Below are positions 1-7,774 of a stretch of 14,699 nt of DNA, in pieces. The DNA is taken from the IMG/VR virus record IMGVR_UViG_2850796239_000003, positions 1-14,699 of that record; one strand, written 5' to 3'. Positions within the stretch are counted from its first letter, which is position 1; each line of letters begins with the position of its first letter. A program made the translations under genes and the position numbers. The stretch is from a virus (lineage: Duplodnaviria > Heunggongvirae > Uroviricota > Caudoviricetes). Below the pieces are notes generated by a model. The model had not been told where the DNA came from, made no database searches, and was given only the letters and a program-made list of their open reading frames with translations.

Positions 1-201
1 TTACCCATTGGCGCGGCTTAAGAGCTTATTTTTGAATTCACAATGGTCACGATATAACCATCTTGCTCGCCCGTGGATAACTTTGGCTTTTGGCAGGTCG
101 CCGGACTTAATCCGGTCATAGATGAAGGTTTTACCAAAGCCAGTATCAGCCATGATGAATTTCAAATCAACCAGTGAATCAGGTTGTAGTTCGTGTTGCA
201 T
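1..201 (-). CDS. AlpA/TorI-family winged-helix prophage regulator, excisionase-like (66 aa)
   Basis: Complete ORF, ATG at 201-199 and stop at 3-1. GGAG lies 9 nt upstream of the ATG. The translation has the AlpA/Xis-type pattern (TGFGKTFIYDRIKSGDLP...GRARWL) and the 66-aa size typical of TorI-like recombination directionality factors. Family call is from memory, not a search. Confidence 0.7.
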   Translation of the reverse strand: MQHELQPDSLVDLKFIMADTGFGKTFIYDRIKSGDLPKAKVIHGRARWLYRDHCEFKNKLLSRANG

Positions 202-246
202 GAGTGCTATCTCCGAATATGGAATCGAACCTGCAAATCAGGTAAT

Positions 247-267
247 AAAAAAACCGCATTGATGCGG
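247..267 (-). terminator. Putative rho-independent terminator after the 346-561 ORF
   Basis: On the minus strand: stem CCGCA / TGCGG with loop TCAA, followed by TTTTTTTATT. Confidence 0.45.
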
Positions 268-345
268 CGATGGTAGGTCTGGATATCTTGATAAATGAAA
301 ATACCTCATCGAGTGTGAGGCGGTGTGATTTCTTTATTTACACTC

Positions 346-561
346 TTAATGTTTGTCAGTGAATGGTTTCCCCATCTCCAGTAATGCCTTACTCATCTCA
401 TTTCGTAACTCTATAGCCATCCTGACGGCTTCAACCTGTGCAGGATGTCGGTTAATTGCTGGAGAATATCGTCGGGAGCGAAGGATTGAGAAAACAAAGA
501 TAATGCAAGCAACTATCTGAATTGCATTGCATGTTATTGATACAATGTGAATTGCAGCCAT
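346..561 (-). CDS. Hypothetical small single-pass membrane protein (71 aa)
   Basis: ORF with a hydrophobic N-terminal ~28 residues (IHIVSITCNAIQIVACIIFVFSIL) followed by a basic RSRR and a charged C-terminal tail. Weak GGGG RBS. The start sits immediately after the upstream terminator U-tract, so expression is uncertain. Confidence 0.3.
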   Translation of the reverse strand: MAAIHIVSITCNAIQIVACIIFVFSILRSRRYSPAINRHPAQVEAVRMAIELRNEMSKALLEMGKPFTDKH

Positions 562-572
562 CTACTACCCCA

Positions 573-598
573 AATAAAAAAACCGCCATCAGGCGGCT
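573..598 (-). terminator. Putative rho-independent terminator after the zinc-ribbon gene
   Basis: On the minus strand: GCCGCC TGAT GGCGG(T) hairpin followed by TTTTTTTATTT. Confidence 0.55.
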
Positions 599-662
599 TG
601 GTGTTCTTTCAGTTCTTCAATTCGAATATTGGTTACATTGTTTTCATATATGAATAAATAAA

Positions 663-842
663 TTAGCTTTTTTCGTTGCCTTCGCGTTCTTTATTAATTT
701 TGACAAACTCGTTTTTACCAAGCTCTCCAAATGCGTCTTTAGAGTCGTTGTATCCGCAATCGCAGCACACATAATCACCAGACCATTCACGCATTGTTTT
801 TTCTTTTGCAATATTTCCAGAACCGCATTTTGGACAAGACAT
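663..842 (-). CDS. Standalone zinc-ribbon protein, YgiT/MqsA-N-terminal-like (59 aa)
   Basis: Start taken at the ATG at 842-840, which has GGAGG 7 nt upstream; the ORF-track start at 875 is a TTG with no RBS. Two Cys pairs, CPKCG and CCDCG, about 20 residues apart, then an acidic/lysine-rich tail. The resemblance to the MqsA zinc-binding domain (MKCPVC...YCVHC...ESDAF) is from memory. Confidence 0.55.
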   Translation of the reverse strand: MSCPKCGSGNIAKEKTMREWSGDYVCCDCGYNDSKDAFGELGKNEFVKINKEREGNEKS

Positions 843-979
843 ATCACTACCTCCAAAGCATGAGTGAGATGACAACGTAACATTGATTGGAGATTAACAA
901 TAGATTGCTGATGTAAAAGATATGTATAAGCTTCGCTTTCAAAGTGGAGGATCTGATAGCGGCATCTAGGCTGTGTCCC

Positions 980-1495
980 TTAATTACGTAAGCGTTGATA
1001 AAAGAGTCGGATGCAGCCCAGTTTCACCATCGCCAGGTAATTTCTCGCCGTTTTGTCGTAACGCGTGGCGATGCGGCGATATTCTTTCAGCCGCCCAAAG
1101 CACCGTTCAACGACATTACGATTGCGGTACGCATCACGATCAAGCTGTGCACGTCCATCCGATGCCATTTTCTCATTTGACTTTCGGGGGATTACTGCCT
1201 TTATACCGTTATTTTTCAGCTCGTTGCGCAATGCGCGCCCTGAATACGCTTTATCAGCCAGTACCGCATGTCCACGGCGTTTCATGCTGCCGTTCTGACG
1301 CTGAACGCCAATCCCGTCCAGAAGTCGTTGCGCGAACTGGCTTTCATGAGCTTGTCCGGGGCTTAGCACGATATTTAACGGGAGGCCACTTCCGTCTGTT
1401 GCCAGATGGATTTTGGTGCCAAAACCGCCGCGAGAGCGACCCAGCCCATTATCTCCGTCGATATCGGGATGTTTTTTTGAGCACCGGCGGCACAT
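980..1495 (-). CDS. IS5-family transposase orfB (DDE catalytic part, -1 frame relative to orfA)
   Basis: Contains GLGRSRGGFGTKIHLATDG, LADKAYSG and the Y-x2-R-x3-E-x6-K signature (DAYRNRNVVERCFGRLK). Overlaps orfA by about 120 nt across an A-run. Confidence 0.85.
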   Translation of the reverse strand: MCRRCSKKHPDIDGDNGLGRSRGGFGTKIHLATDGSGLPLNIVLSPGQAHESQFAQRLLDGIGVQRQNGSMKRRGHAVLADKAYSGRALRNELKNNGIKAVIPRKSNEKMASDGRAQLDRDAYRNRNVVERCFGRLKEYRRIATRYDKTARNYLAMVKLGCIRLFYQRLRN

Positions 1496-1824
1496 TTCAG
1501 CGCCCGGATATTACTGCCATCCAGCGCGGTGGCAGACCAGTCAATAAAGCCGTTTGCATCAAGTAGCGAAAGCAACCTGTTGAAAATAATATTAATCACG
1601 CCTGACTTTGACCATCGGTTAAAGCGGTTATAAACAGTTTTCCATGACCCATATCGTTCGGGTAAATCGCGCCATGGTGCACCGGAACATAACACCCAGA
1701 ACATGCCATTGATGATTTTACGGTGCTCAGCCCATGGGCGTCCGGCCCGTGGTGTGGCGGGTTCAGGAGGTAACAGGGGCTTGATGATGGTCCATGCCTC
1801 ATCGGGAAGGTCGTAGCGAGCCAT
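1375..1824 (-). CDS. IS5-family transposase orfA (149 aa, N-terminal DNA-binding part)
   Basis: MARYDLPDEAWTIIKPLLP...GRPWAEHRKIINGMFWVLCSGAPWRDLPERYGSWKTVYNRFNRW, the conserved N-terminal module of IS5/IS427-type transposases. Confidence 0.85.
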   Translation of the reverse strand: MARYDLPDEAWTIIKPLLPPEPATPRAGRPWAEHRKIINGMFWVLCSGAPWRDLPERYGSWKTVYNRFNRWSKSGVINIIFNRLLSLLDANGFIDWSATALDGSNIRALKCAAGAQKNIPISTEIMGWVALAAVLAPKSIWQQTEVASR

Positions 1825-1884
1825 AGTTCAATATGTTGTGTAAACAGACAGTTACTATAGCTCAGATGATTAAGGGACACAGCC

Positions 1885-2901
1885 TACATCACTGTTGTTG
1901 TTGAATATCAGCAACTGGAGGAAGCGATCAAGCTTAACCAACTGGAAGAAATTCTCGCGCCGGTTCGCCAGCGAATCGTTACCGACCTTGAAACAGAGCT
2001 TGCTCACTTCATGATGAATAACGGTGCGTTGTCACTTGGTAGCCCCAATACTCCAATCACCAAATGGTCTGATGTTGCGCAGACGGCATCTTTCCTGAAA
2101 GACCTCGGCGTTAATGAAGGTGAAAACTATGCTGTAATGGATCCATGGTCTGCACAGCGACTTGCTGATGCGCAGACTGGTTTGCACGCTTCAGATCAAT
2201 TGGTTCGTACTGCATGGGAGAATGCACAGATCCCAACCAATTTTGGCGGCATTCGCGCACTGATGTCTAATGGGCTTGCCTCTCGTACGCAGGGGGCATT
2301 TGGCGGAACACTGACAGTCAAAACACAGCCAACTGTTACCTATAACGCAGTTAAAGACTCATACCAGTTCACTGTAACATTGACCGGAGCGACAGCCAGC
2401 GTTACAGGTTTTCTGAAAGCTGGTGATCAGGTTAAATTCACCAATACCTACTGGCTGCAACAGCAGACCAAACAGGCGTTGTATAACGGAGCCACACCAA
2501 TTAGCTTCACTGCAACGGTTACTGCTGATGCTAATTCAGACAGCAGTGGCAATGTGACGGTTACGCTTTCTGGTGTTCCGATTTATGACACTACAAACCC
2601 GCAGTACAACTCTGTAAGTCGTCAGGTAGCGGCAAACGATGCCGTATCTGTAGTAGGCACTGCTAGCCAGACAATGAAGCCAAACCTGTTCTATAACAAG
2701 TTCTTCTGTGGACTTGGCTCTATCCCACTGCCGAAACTGCACAGTATTGATTCTGCTGTTGCAACATATGAAGGTTTCTCCATCCGCGTACATAAATACG
2801 CAGATGGCGATGCCAACGTGCAAAAAATGCGCTTTGACTTACTGCCTGCATATGTGTGCTTTAACCCTCACATGGGCGGTCAGTTCTTCGGTAATCCGTA
2901 A
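1885..2901 (+). pseudogene. Major capsid (coat) protein of a P22-like phage, 5'-truncated at the IS boundary (about 338 C-terminal codons)
   Basis: The reading frame is open from the first base after IS copy 1 to TAA at 2899-2901, with no plausible start or RBS at the 5' end. It lies immediately upstream of clear gp4 and gp10 homologs, the coat position in P22-like late operons, and shows loose local similarity to P22 coat. No N-terminal coat sequence exists left of the IS. Confidence 0.65.
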
Positions 2902-2905
2902 TAAC

Positions 2906-2930
2906 AAGGGGCTTACGCCCCTTTTATGTT
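2906..2930 (+). terminator. Rho-independent terminator/attenuator just downstream of the coat gene
   Basis: AAGGGGC TTAC GCCCCTT hairpin followed by TTATGTTTT on the plus strand, 5 nt after the coat stop. Confidence 0.55.
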
Positions 2931-2943
2931 TTAAGGAAACAAT

Positions 2944-3129
2944 ATGGATCGCATGAGTGTATTCCTTGCCGCAGATAACGAATCCGGGCATGTACAGGCC
3001 GTTATCGCAGAAAAAGACTTCCAGTTTTTCGAAAAGTTGGGCTTTGTTGCCTCAGTTGATGAATTGAAACCGACCAGTAAGCGAGGTCGTAAGGCGGCAG
3101 ACAATGGCAACAGTACTGACAAAGGGTGA
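2944..3129 (+). CDS. Hypothetical small protein between coat and gp4 (61 aa)
   Basis: ATG preceded by AAGGAAA. Position matches the small ORF found between coat and the gp4 homolog in Sf6-like genomes. Overlaps the gp4-like start by 26 nt. Confidence 0.45.
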   Translation: MDRMSVFLAADNESGHVQAVIAEKDFQFFEKLGFVASVDELKPTSKRGRKAADNGNSTDKG

Positions 3130-3586
3130 GATCGTCCTTTTTGCGCTTCGTAAGTTTGCTATTGCTTCTAATGCATCGCTGACTGATGTTGAGCCGCAAT
3201 CAATTGAAGATGGTGTAAATGATCTGGAAGATATGATGTCCGAGTGGATGATTAACCCCGGCGACATTGGTTACGCTTTCGCAACTGGAGATGAGCAGCC
3301 ATTACCAGATGATGAGTCAGGTCTTCCAAGAAAATACAAACACGCAGTAGGCTATCAGTTATTGCTGAGAATGCTATCTGATTACAGCCTTGAGCCAACT
3401 CCGCAAGTTCTCAGTAACGCCCAACGCTCATATGATGCCTTGATGACCGACACTCTGGTTGTTCCTTCAATGCGACGACGTGGAGATTTTCCTGTAGGAC
3501 AGGGTAATAAATATGACGTGTTCACATCTGACCGATATTATCCAGGCGATCTCCCTCTGATTGATGGCGATATCCCAAATTCATAG
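3104..3586 (+). CDS. Head-to-tail adaptor / packaged-DNA stabilisation protein, P22 gp4-like (160 aa)
   Basis: Translation aligns along its N-terminal half with recalled P22 gp4 (window ...[34 protein letters not shown] versus P22 ...[34 protein letters not shown]). Correct size and position. Confidence 0.88.
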   Translation: [160 protein letters not shown]

Positions 3587-3594
3587 GTGAATAA

Positions 3595-5013
3595 ATGCCT
3601 ATTCAGCAACTTCCGCTTATGAAAGGTGTCGGCAAAGACTTTCGAAACGCCGACTATATCGACTATCTGCCAGTGAATATGCTGGCTACACCCAAAGAAA
3701 TCCTGAACAGCAGCGGATATCTTCGCTCATTCCCTGGCATTGCCAAACGCTCTGATGTGAACGGTGTATCTCGCGGCGTCGAGTACAACATGGCGCAGAA
3801 TGCTGTTTATCGTGTGTGTGGTGGCAAGCTGTACAAAGGAGAAAGTGAAGTCGGTGACGTCGCCGGAAGTGGTCGCGTATCAATGGCGCATGGTCGTACA
3901 TCTCAGGCGATAGGTGTTAATGGTCAACTGGTCGAGTATCGCTATGATGGCACGATTAAAACCGTCTCAAACTGGCCTACAGATAGCGGATTCACTCAGT
4001 ATGAGCTAGGTTCGGTTCGTGACATTACGCGCTTACGTGGGCGTTATGCGTGGTCAAAAGACGGTACTGATTCATGGTTTATCACTGACCTTGAAGACGA
4101 ATCACATCCTGACCGATACAGCGCACAATATCGCGCAGAATCTCAGCCTGATGGCATCATCGGCATAGGGACATGGCGAGACTTCATCGTCTGCTTTGGT
4201 TCATCGACGATTGAATATTTCTCCCTGACTGGTGCAACCACCGTTGGTGCTGCTTTGTATGTCGCCCAGCCATCATTGATGGTGCAAAAAGGCATCGCCG
4301 GGACTTACTGCAAAACGCCGTTTGCTGATTCCTATGCTTTCATCAGCAACCCGGCAACGGGTGCGCCGTCTGTGTACATCATCGGTTCCGGTCAGGTATC
4401 ACCAATCGCCAGCGCGAGCATTGAGAAAATACTTCGCTCCTACACTGCTGATGAACTGGCTGATGGTGTGATGGAGTCTCTGCGATTTGATGCGCATGAG
4501 TTGCTGATTATCCATCTTCCGCGTCACGTCCTTGTGTACGATGCATCTTCAAGCGCCAATGGTCCGCAATGGTGTGTGCTGAAAACAGGCCTGTATGACG
4601 ATGTGTACCGCGCTATCGACTTCATTTACGAAGGCAATCAGATAACGTGCGGCGATAAGCTGGAATCCGTGACCGGGAAACTGCAGTTCGATATCAGCAG
4701 CCAGTACGACAAGCAGCAGGAACACCTGCTGTTTACTCCGTTGTTCAAAGCGGATAACGCCAGATGCTTCGATCTGGAGGTGGAATCATCCACTGGCGTA
4801 GCTCAGTACGCCGACCGCCTGTTCCTCTCTGCAACCACTGACGGCATCAATTACGGACGTGAGCAGATGATTGAGCAGAATGAACCGTTCGTTTACGACA
4901 AACGCGTTTTGTGGAAGCGAGTAGGGCGCATCAGGAAAAATGTCGGCTTCAAATTGCGCATTATCACGAAGTCACCTGTCACTCTGTCTGGCACTCAGAT
5001 AAGGATTGAGTAA
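3595..5013 (+). CDS. Packaged-DNA stabilisation / tail hub protein, P22 gp10-like (472 aa)
   Basis: N-terminus [49 protein letters not shown] matches recalled P22 gp10. Same length as P22 gp10. AGGTG RBS. Stop overlaps the next start (TAATG). Confidence 0.88.
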   Translation: MPIQQLPLMKGVGKDFRNADYIDYLPVNMLATPKEILNSSGYLRSFPGIAKRSDVNGVSRGVEYNMAQNAVYRVCGGKLYKGESEVGDVAGSGRVSMAHGRTSQAIGVNGQLVEYRYDGTIKTVSNWPTDSGFTQYELGSVRDITRLRGRYAWSKDGTDSWFITDLEDESHPDRYSAQYRAESQPDGIIGIGTWRDFIVCFGSSTIEYFSLTGATTVGAALYVAQPSLMVQKGIAGTYCKTPFADSYAFISNPATGAPSVYIIGSGQVSPIASASIEKILRSYTADELADGVMESLRFDAHELLIIHLPRHVLVYDASSSANGPQWCVLKTGLYDDVYRAIDFIYEGNQITCGDKLESVTGKLQFDISSQYDKQQEHLLFTPLFKADNARCFDLEVESSTGVAQYADRLFLSATTDGINYGREQMIEQNEPFVYDKRVLWKRVGRIRKNVGFKLRIITKSPVTLSGTQIRIE

Positions 5014-5861
5014 TGGCGGATTCGAATCTCAATACACCTGTTATTGTTCAGGCGACGCGGCTCGATACATCAATCCTTCCACGCAATATCTTCTCGCAGT
5101 CGTATCTGCTTTACGTTATCGCACAGGGTACTGATGTTGGTAACGTGGTGAATAAGGCCAACGAGTCCGGACAGGGCGCTTATGACGCGCAGGTAAGGAA
5201 CGATGAGCAGGATGTGATTCTGGTTGATCACGAAATTCGACTGGCATCAGCTGAAGCGAAGATACAGGACCACGAAACAAGGATCACTAACGCAGAAGCA
5301 GCGATAGTCGGCCTTGATTCGCGATTAACGACAGCAGAAAACGATATTGATTATCTGACTGATGAAGTTGTCGCCATTCAAAACACGCTTTCAGACCATG
5401 AAACGCGCATCGATGCTCTGGAGTATGCCACTACTCGCAAGAAGTCAGAGGTTGTTTACTCTGGCGTATCTGTAACCATCCCGACAGCGCCGACTAACCT
5501 TGTTAGCCTGCTGAAAACGCTCACGCCGTCATCCGGCTCGTTGGCACCATTCTTCGACACCGTTAACAACAAGATGGTTGTGTTCAACGAGAACAAAACC
5601 TTGTTCTTCAAGTTGTCGATTGTCGGGACGTGGCCCAGTGGAACCGCAAACAGGTCAATGCAGCTAACCTTTTCCGGCTCTGTTCCTGACACGTTGGTCA
5701 GCAGTCGTAATGCGGCGACAACAACCGATAACATCTTGTTAGCTACGTTCTTCAGCGTGGATAAAGACGGCTTTCTTGTCACAAATGGCAGCACGTTAAC
5801 CATTCAGTCAAATGGTGCGGCGTTTACTGCCACAACCATCAAGATAATCGCGGAGCAGTGA
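5013..5861 (+). CDS. Tail needle, P22 gp26-like N-terminus with C-terminal knob domain (282 aa)
   Basis: N-terminal ~60 residues ([43 protein letters not shown]...[16 protein letters not shown]) match recalled P22 gp26. A heptad-rich coiled-coil stretch is followed by a C-terminal domain of ~140 residues that P22 gp26 lacks, as in Sf6-type needles. Confidence 0.88.
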   Translation: MADSNLNTPVIVQATRLDTSILPRNIFSQSYLLYVIAQGTDVGNVVNKANESGQGAYDAQVRNDEQDVILVDHEIRLASAEAKIQDHETRITNAEAAIVGLDSRLTTAENDIDYLTDEVVAIQNTLSDHETRIDALEYATTRKKSEVVYSGVSVTIPTAPTNLVSLLKTLTPSSGSLAPFFDTVNNKMVVFNENKTLFFKLSIVGTWPSGTANRSMQLTFSGSVPDTLVSSRNAATTTDNILLATFFSVDKDGFLVTNGSTLTIQSNGAAFTATTIKIIAEQ

Positions 5862-6316
5862 TGATTCAGTTCAAACCAACGCGAAACATCGACCTGATCG
5901 AAGCAGTAGGAAATCACCCTGACATTATCGCCGGGAGCAACAACGGCGATGGATACGACTACAAGCCTGAATGCCGTTACTTTGAGGTTAACGTGCATGG
6001 GCAGTTCGGCGGCATTGTTTACTATCAGGAGATTCAGCCGCTGACATTCGATTGCCACGCCATGTACCTGCCAGAGATTCGCGGCTTCAGCAAGGAAATC
6101 GGGCTGGCGTTCTGGCGATACATTCTGACTAACACCACCGTTCAGTGTGTCACATCGTTCGCTGCACGCAAATTCCGCCACGGGCAGATGTACTGCGCAA
6201 TGATTGGCCTTAAGCGTGTCGGAACCATCAAGAAATACTTTAAAGGCGTGGATGACGTGACGTTTTACAGCGCCACACGCGAAGAACTAATCGACTTCCT
6301 GAATCACGGGAGATAG
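5861..6316 (+). CDS. P22 gp14-like virion assembly protein (151 aa), by synteny
   Basis: ATG at 5861 overlaps the needle stop (TGATG) with GGAG 5 nt upstream; the ORF-track GTG at 5858 is less likely. Size and position match gene 14 between the needle and ejection-protein genes. Confidence 0.65.
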   Translation: MIQFKPTRNIDLIEAVGNHPDIIAGSNNGDGYDYKPECRYFEVNVHGQFGGIVYYQEIQPLTFDCHAMYLPEIRGFSKEIGLAFWRYILTNTTVQCVTSFAARKFRHGQMYCAMIGLKRVGTIKKYFKGVDDVTFYSATREELIDFLNHGR

Positions 6317-6318
6317 CT

Positions 6319-6856
6319 ATGTTATATGCATTTAAGCTGGGCAGAAAACTGCGCGGCGAGGAACCTTATTGCCCTGAAAAAGGCGGGAAAGGTGGCTCCG
6401 ATAAAAGCGCAAAGTATGCAGCAGAAGCTCAGAAGTATGCCGCAGACCTGCAAAATCAGCAGTGGCAGACGATCATGAAAAACCTTGCTCCGTTCACGCC
6501 TCTTGCGGAGCAGTATGTTAACCAGCTTCAGAACCTTTCCAGTTTAGAAGGTCAGGGGCAGGCACTTAATCAGTATTACAACTCTCAGCAGTATAAAGAC
6601 CTTGCAGGTCAGGCTCGTTACCAGAGTCTTGCTGCTGCGGAGGCGACGGGTGGACTTGGTTCGACAGCCACAAGCAATCAACTGGCTACGATCGCGCCTA
6701 CTCTCGGTCAGTCTTGGTTATCAAACCAGATGAGCAATTACAACAATCTGGCAAACGTTGGGCTTGGTGCACTTCAAGGTCAGGCAAACGCCGGGCAGAC
6801 GTACGCCAACAACATGAGCAGCATTGCACAGCAAAGCGCAGCTCTTGCCGCTGCTA
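6319..6856 (+). pseudogene. Ejection protein, P22 gp7-like, 5' fragment interrupted by IS copy 2
   Basis: ORF starts at ATG 6319 and runs into the IS, where the frame terminates artificially (...ARLCPLII*). Q/N/A-rich ejection-protein-like composition. Position matches gene 7. Confidence 0.7.
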
Positions 6857-6872
6857 GGCTGTGTCCCTTAAT
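6857..6872. repeat. Left terminal inverted repeat of IS copy 2
   Basis: GGCTGTGTCCCTTAAT, a perfect reverse complement of 7757-7772. Confidence 0.85.
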
Positions 6873-6916
6873 CATCTGAGCTATAGTAACTGTCTGTTTA
6901 CACAACATATTGAACT

Positions 6917-7366
6917 ATGGCTCGCTACGACCTTCCCGATGAGGCATGGACCATCATCAAGCCCCTGTTACCTCCTGAACCCGCCACACCACGGGCCGGA
7001 CGCCCATGGGCTGAGCACCGTAAAATCATCAATGGCATGTTCTGGGTGTTATGTTCCGGTGCACCATGGCGCGATTTACCCGAACGATATGGGTCATGGA
7101 AAACTGTTTATAACCGCTTTAACCGATGGTCAAAGTCAGGCGTGATTAATATTATTTTCAACAGGTTGCTTTCGCTACTTGATGCAAACGGCTTTATTGA
7201 CTGGTCTGCCACCGCGCTGGATGGCAGTAATATCCGGGCGCTGAAATGTGCCGCCGGTGCTCAAAAAAACATCCCGATATCGACGGAGATAATGGGCTGG
7301 GTCGCTCTCGCGGCGGTTTTGGCACCAAAATCCATCTGGCAACAGACGGAAGTGGCCTCCCGTTAA
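6917..7366 (+). CDS. IS5-family transposase orfA (149 aa)
   Basis: Identical translation to copy 1 orfA. Confidence 0.85.
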   Translation: MARYDLPDEAWTIIKPLLPPEPATPRAGRPWAEHRKIINGMFWVLCSGAPWRDLPERYGSWKTVYNRFNRWSKSGVINIIFNRLLSLLDANGFIDWSATALDGSNIRALKCAAGAQKNIPISTEIMGWVALAAVLAPKSIWQQTEVASR

Positions 7367-7761
7367 ATATCGTGCTAAGCCCCGGACAAGCTCATGAAAG
7401 CCAGTTCGCGCAACGACTTCTGGACGGGATTGGCGTTCAGCGTCAGAACGGCAGCATGAAACGCCGTGGACATGCGGTACTGGCTGATAAAGCGTATTCA
7501 GGGTGCGCATTGCGCAACGAGCTGAAAAATAACGGTATAAAGGCAGTAATCCCCCGAAAGTCAAATGAGAAAATGGCATCGGATGGACGTGCACAGCTTG
7601 ATCGTGATGCGTACTGCAATCGTAATGTCGTTGAACGGTGCTTTGGGCGGCTGAAAGAATATCGCCGCATCGCCACGCGTTACGACAAAACGGCGAGAAA
7701 TTACCTGGCGATGGTGAAACTGGGCTGCATCCGACTCTTTTATCAACGCTTACGTAATTAA
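7246..7761 (+). CDS. IS5-family transposase orfB (DDE domain, -1 frame)
   Basis: As copy 1 orfB, with two Arg to Cys differences (TGC at 7504-7506 and 7615-7617 where copy 1 has CGC). Confidence 0.85.
   Translation: MCRRCSKKHPDIDGDNGLGRSRGGFGTKIHLATDGSGLPLNIVLSPGQAHESQFAQRLLDGIGVQRQNGSMKRRGHAVLADKAYSGCALRNELKNNGIKAVIPRKSNEKMASDGRAQLDRDAYCNRNVVERCFGRLKEYRRIATRYDKTARNYLAMVKLGCIRLFYQRLRN
7264..7270 (+). other. Candidate -1 programmed frameshift heptamer A AAA AAC joining orfA to orfB
   Basis: In the orfA frame the codons are caA AAA AAc. A -1 slip enters the orfB frame (..SKKHPDID..). The same motif occurs in copy 1 at 1471-1477 as a reverse complement. Confidence 0.5.
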
Positions 7762-7772
7762 GGGACACAGCC
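7757..7772. repeat. Right terminal inverted repeat of IS copy 2
   Basis: ATTAAGGGACACAGCC, a perfect reverse complement of 6857-6872. Confidence 0.85.
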
Positions 7773-7774
7773 TA

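Larger units (their letters stand above)
969..1884 (-). mobile_element. IS5-family insertion sequence (IS427-group-like), 916 bp, copy 1, inverted relative to copy 2
   Basis: Perfect 16-bp terminal inverted repeats GGCTGTGTCCCTTAAT. Two overlapping transposase ORFs. Flanked by TA at 967-968 and 1885-1886. Essentially identical to 6857-7772 in reverse complement. Confidence 0.9.
6857..7772 (+). mobile_element. IS5-family insertion sequence (IS427-group-like), 916 bp, copy 2
   Basis: Same element as 969-1884. Flanked by the TA duplication at 6855-6856 and 7773-7774. Inserted inside the gp7-like gene. Confidence 0.9.

Noticed and set aside
205-245. Possible tRNA gene suggested by the GGTTCGATTCC T-loop-like motif
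   Set aside because: No complementary T-stem 3' strand, no acceptor stem or CCA-proximal sequence, and no anticodon arm on either side. At most a partial att-core-like remnant, reported separately as a low-confidence finding.
644-883. 79-aa minus-strand ORF overlapping the zinc-ribbon gene in another frame
   Set aside because: No RBS, and it overlaps a better-supported ORF that has a GGAGG RBS and a recognisable zinc-ribbon motif.
973-1566. 197-aa ORF on the plus strand inside IS copy 1 (and its twin at 7175-7768 on the minus strand)
   Set aside because: It is antisense to the transposase orfB and appears twice only because the IS is repeated. Its two amino-acid differences between copies are the same SNPs read in another frame. 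No independent coding evidence.
6861-7145. 94-aa ORF at the IS left end (also 1596-1880 in copy 1), plus the 61- and 77-aa ORFs inside the IS
   Set aside because: Non-ATG or weak starts, overlapping transposase ORFs in alternative frames. Typical spurious ORFs within an IS.
969-7772. Hypothesis that the segment between inverted IS copies 1 and 2 is an inverted segment or composite transposon
   Set aside because: Gene order and strand are continuous across copy 2 (the two gp7 halves flank it in the same frame), and the whole block follows the canonical P22 late-gene order. Only the copy 1 junction is rearranged. The cargo is ordinary virion genes, not transposon cargo.
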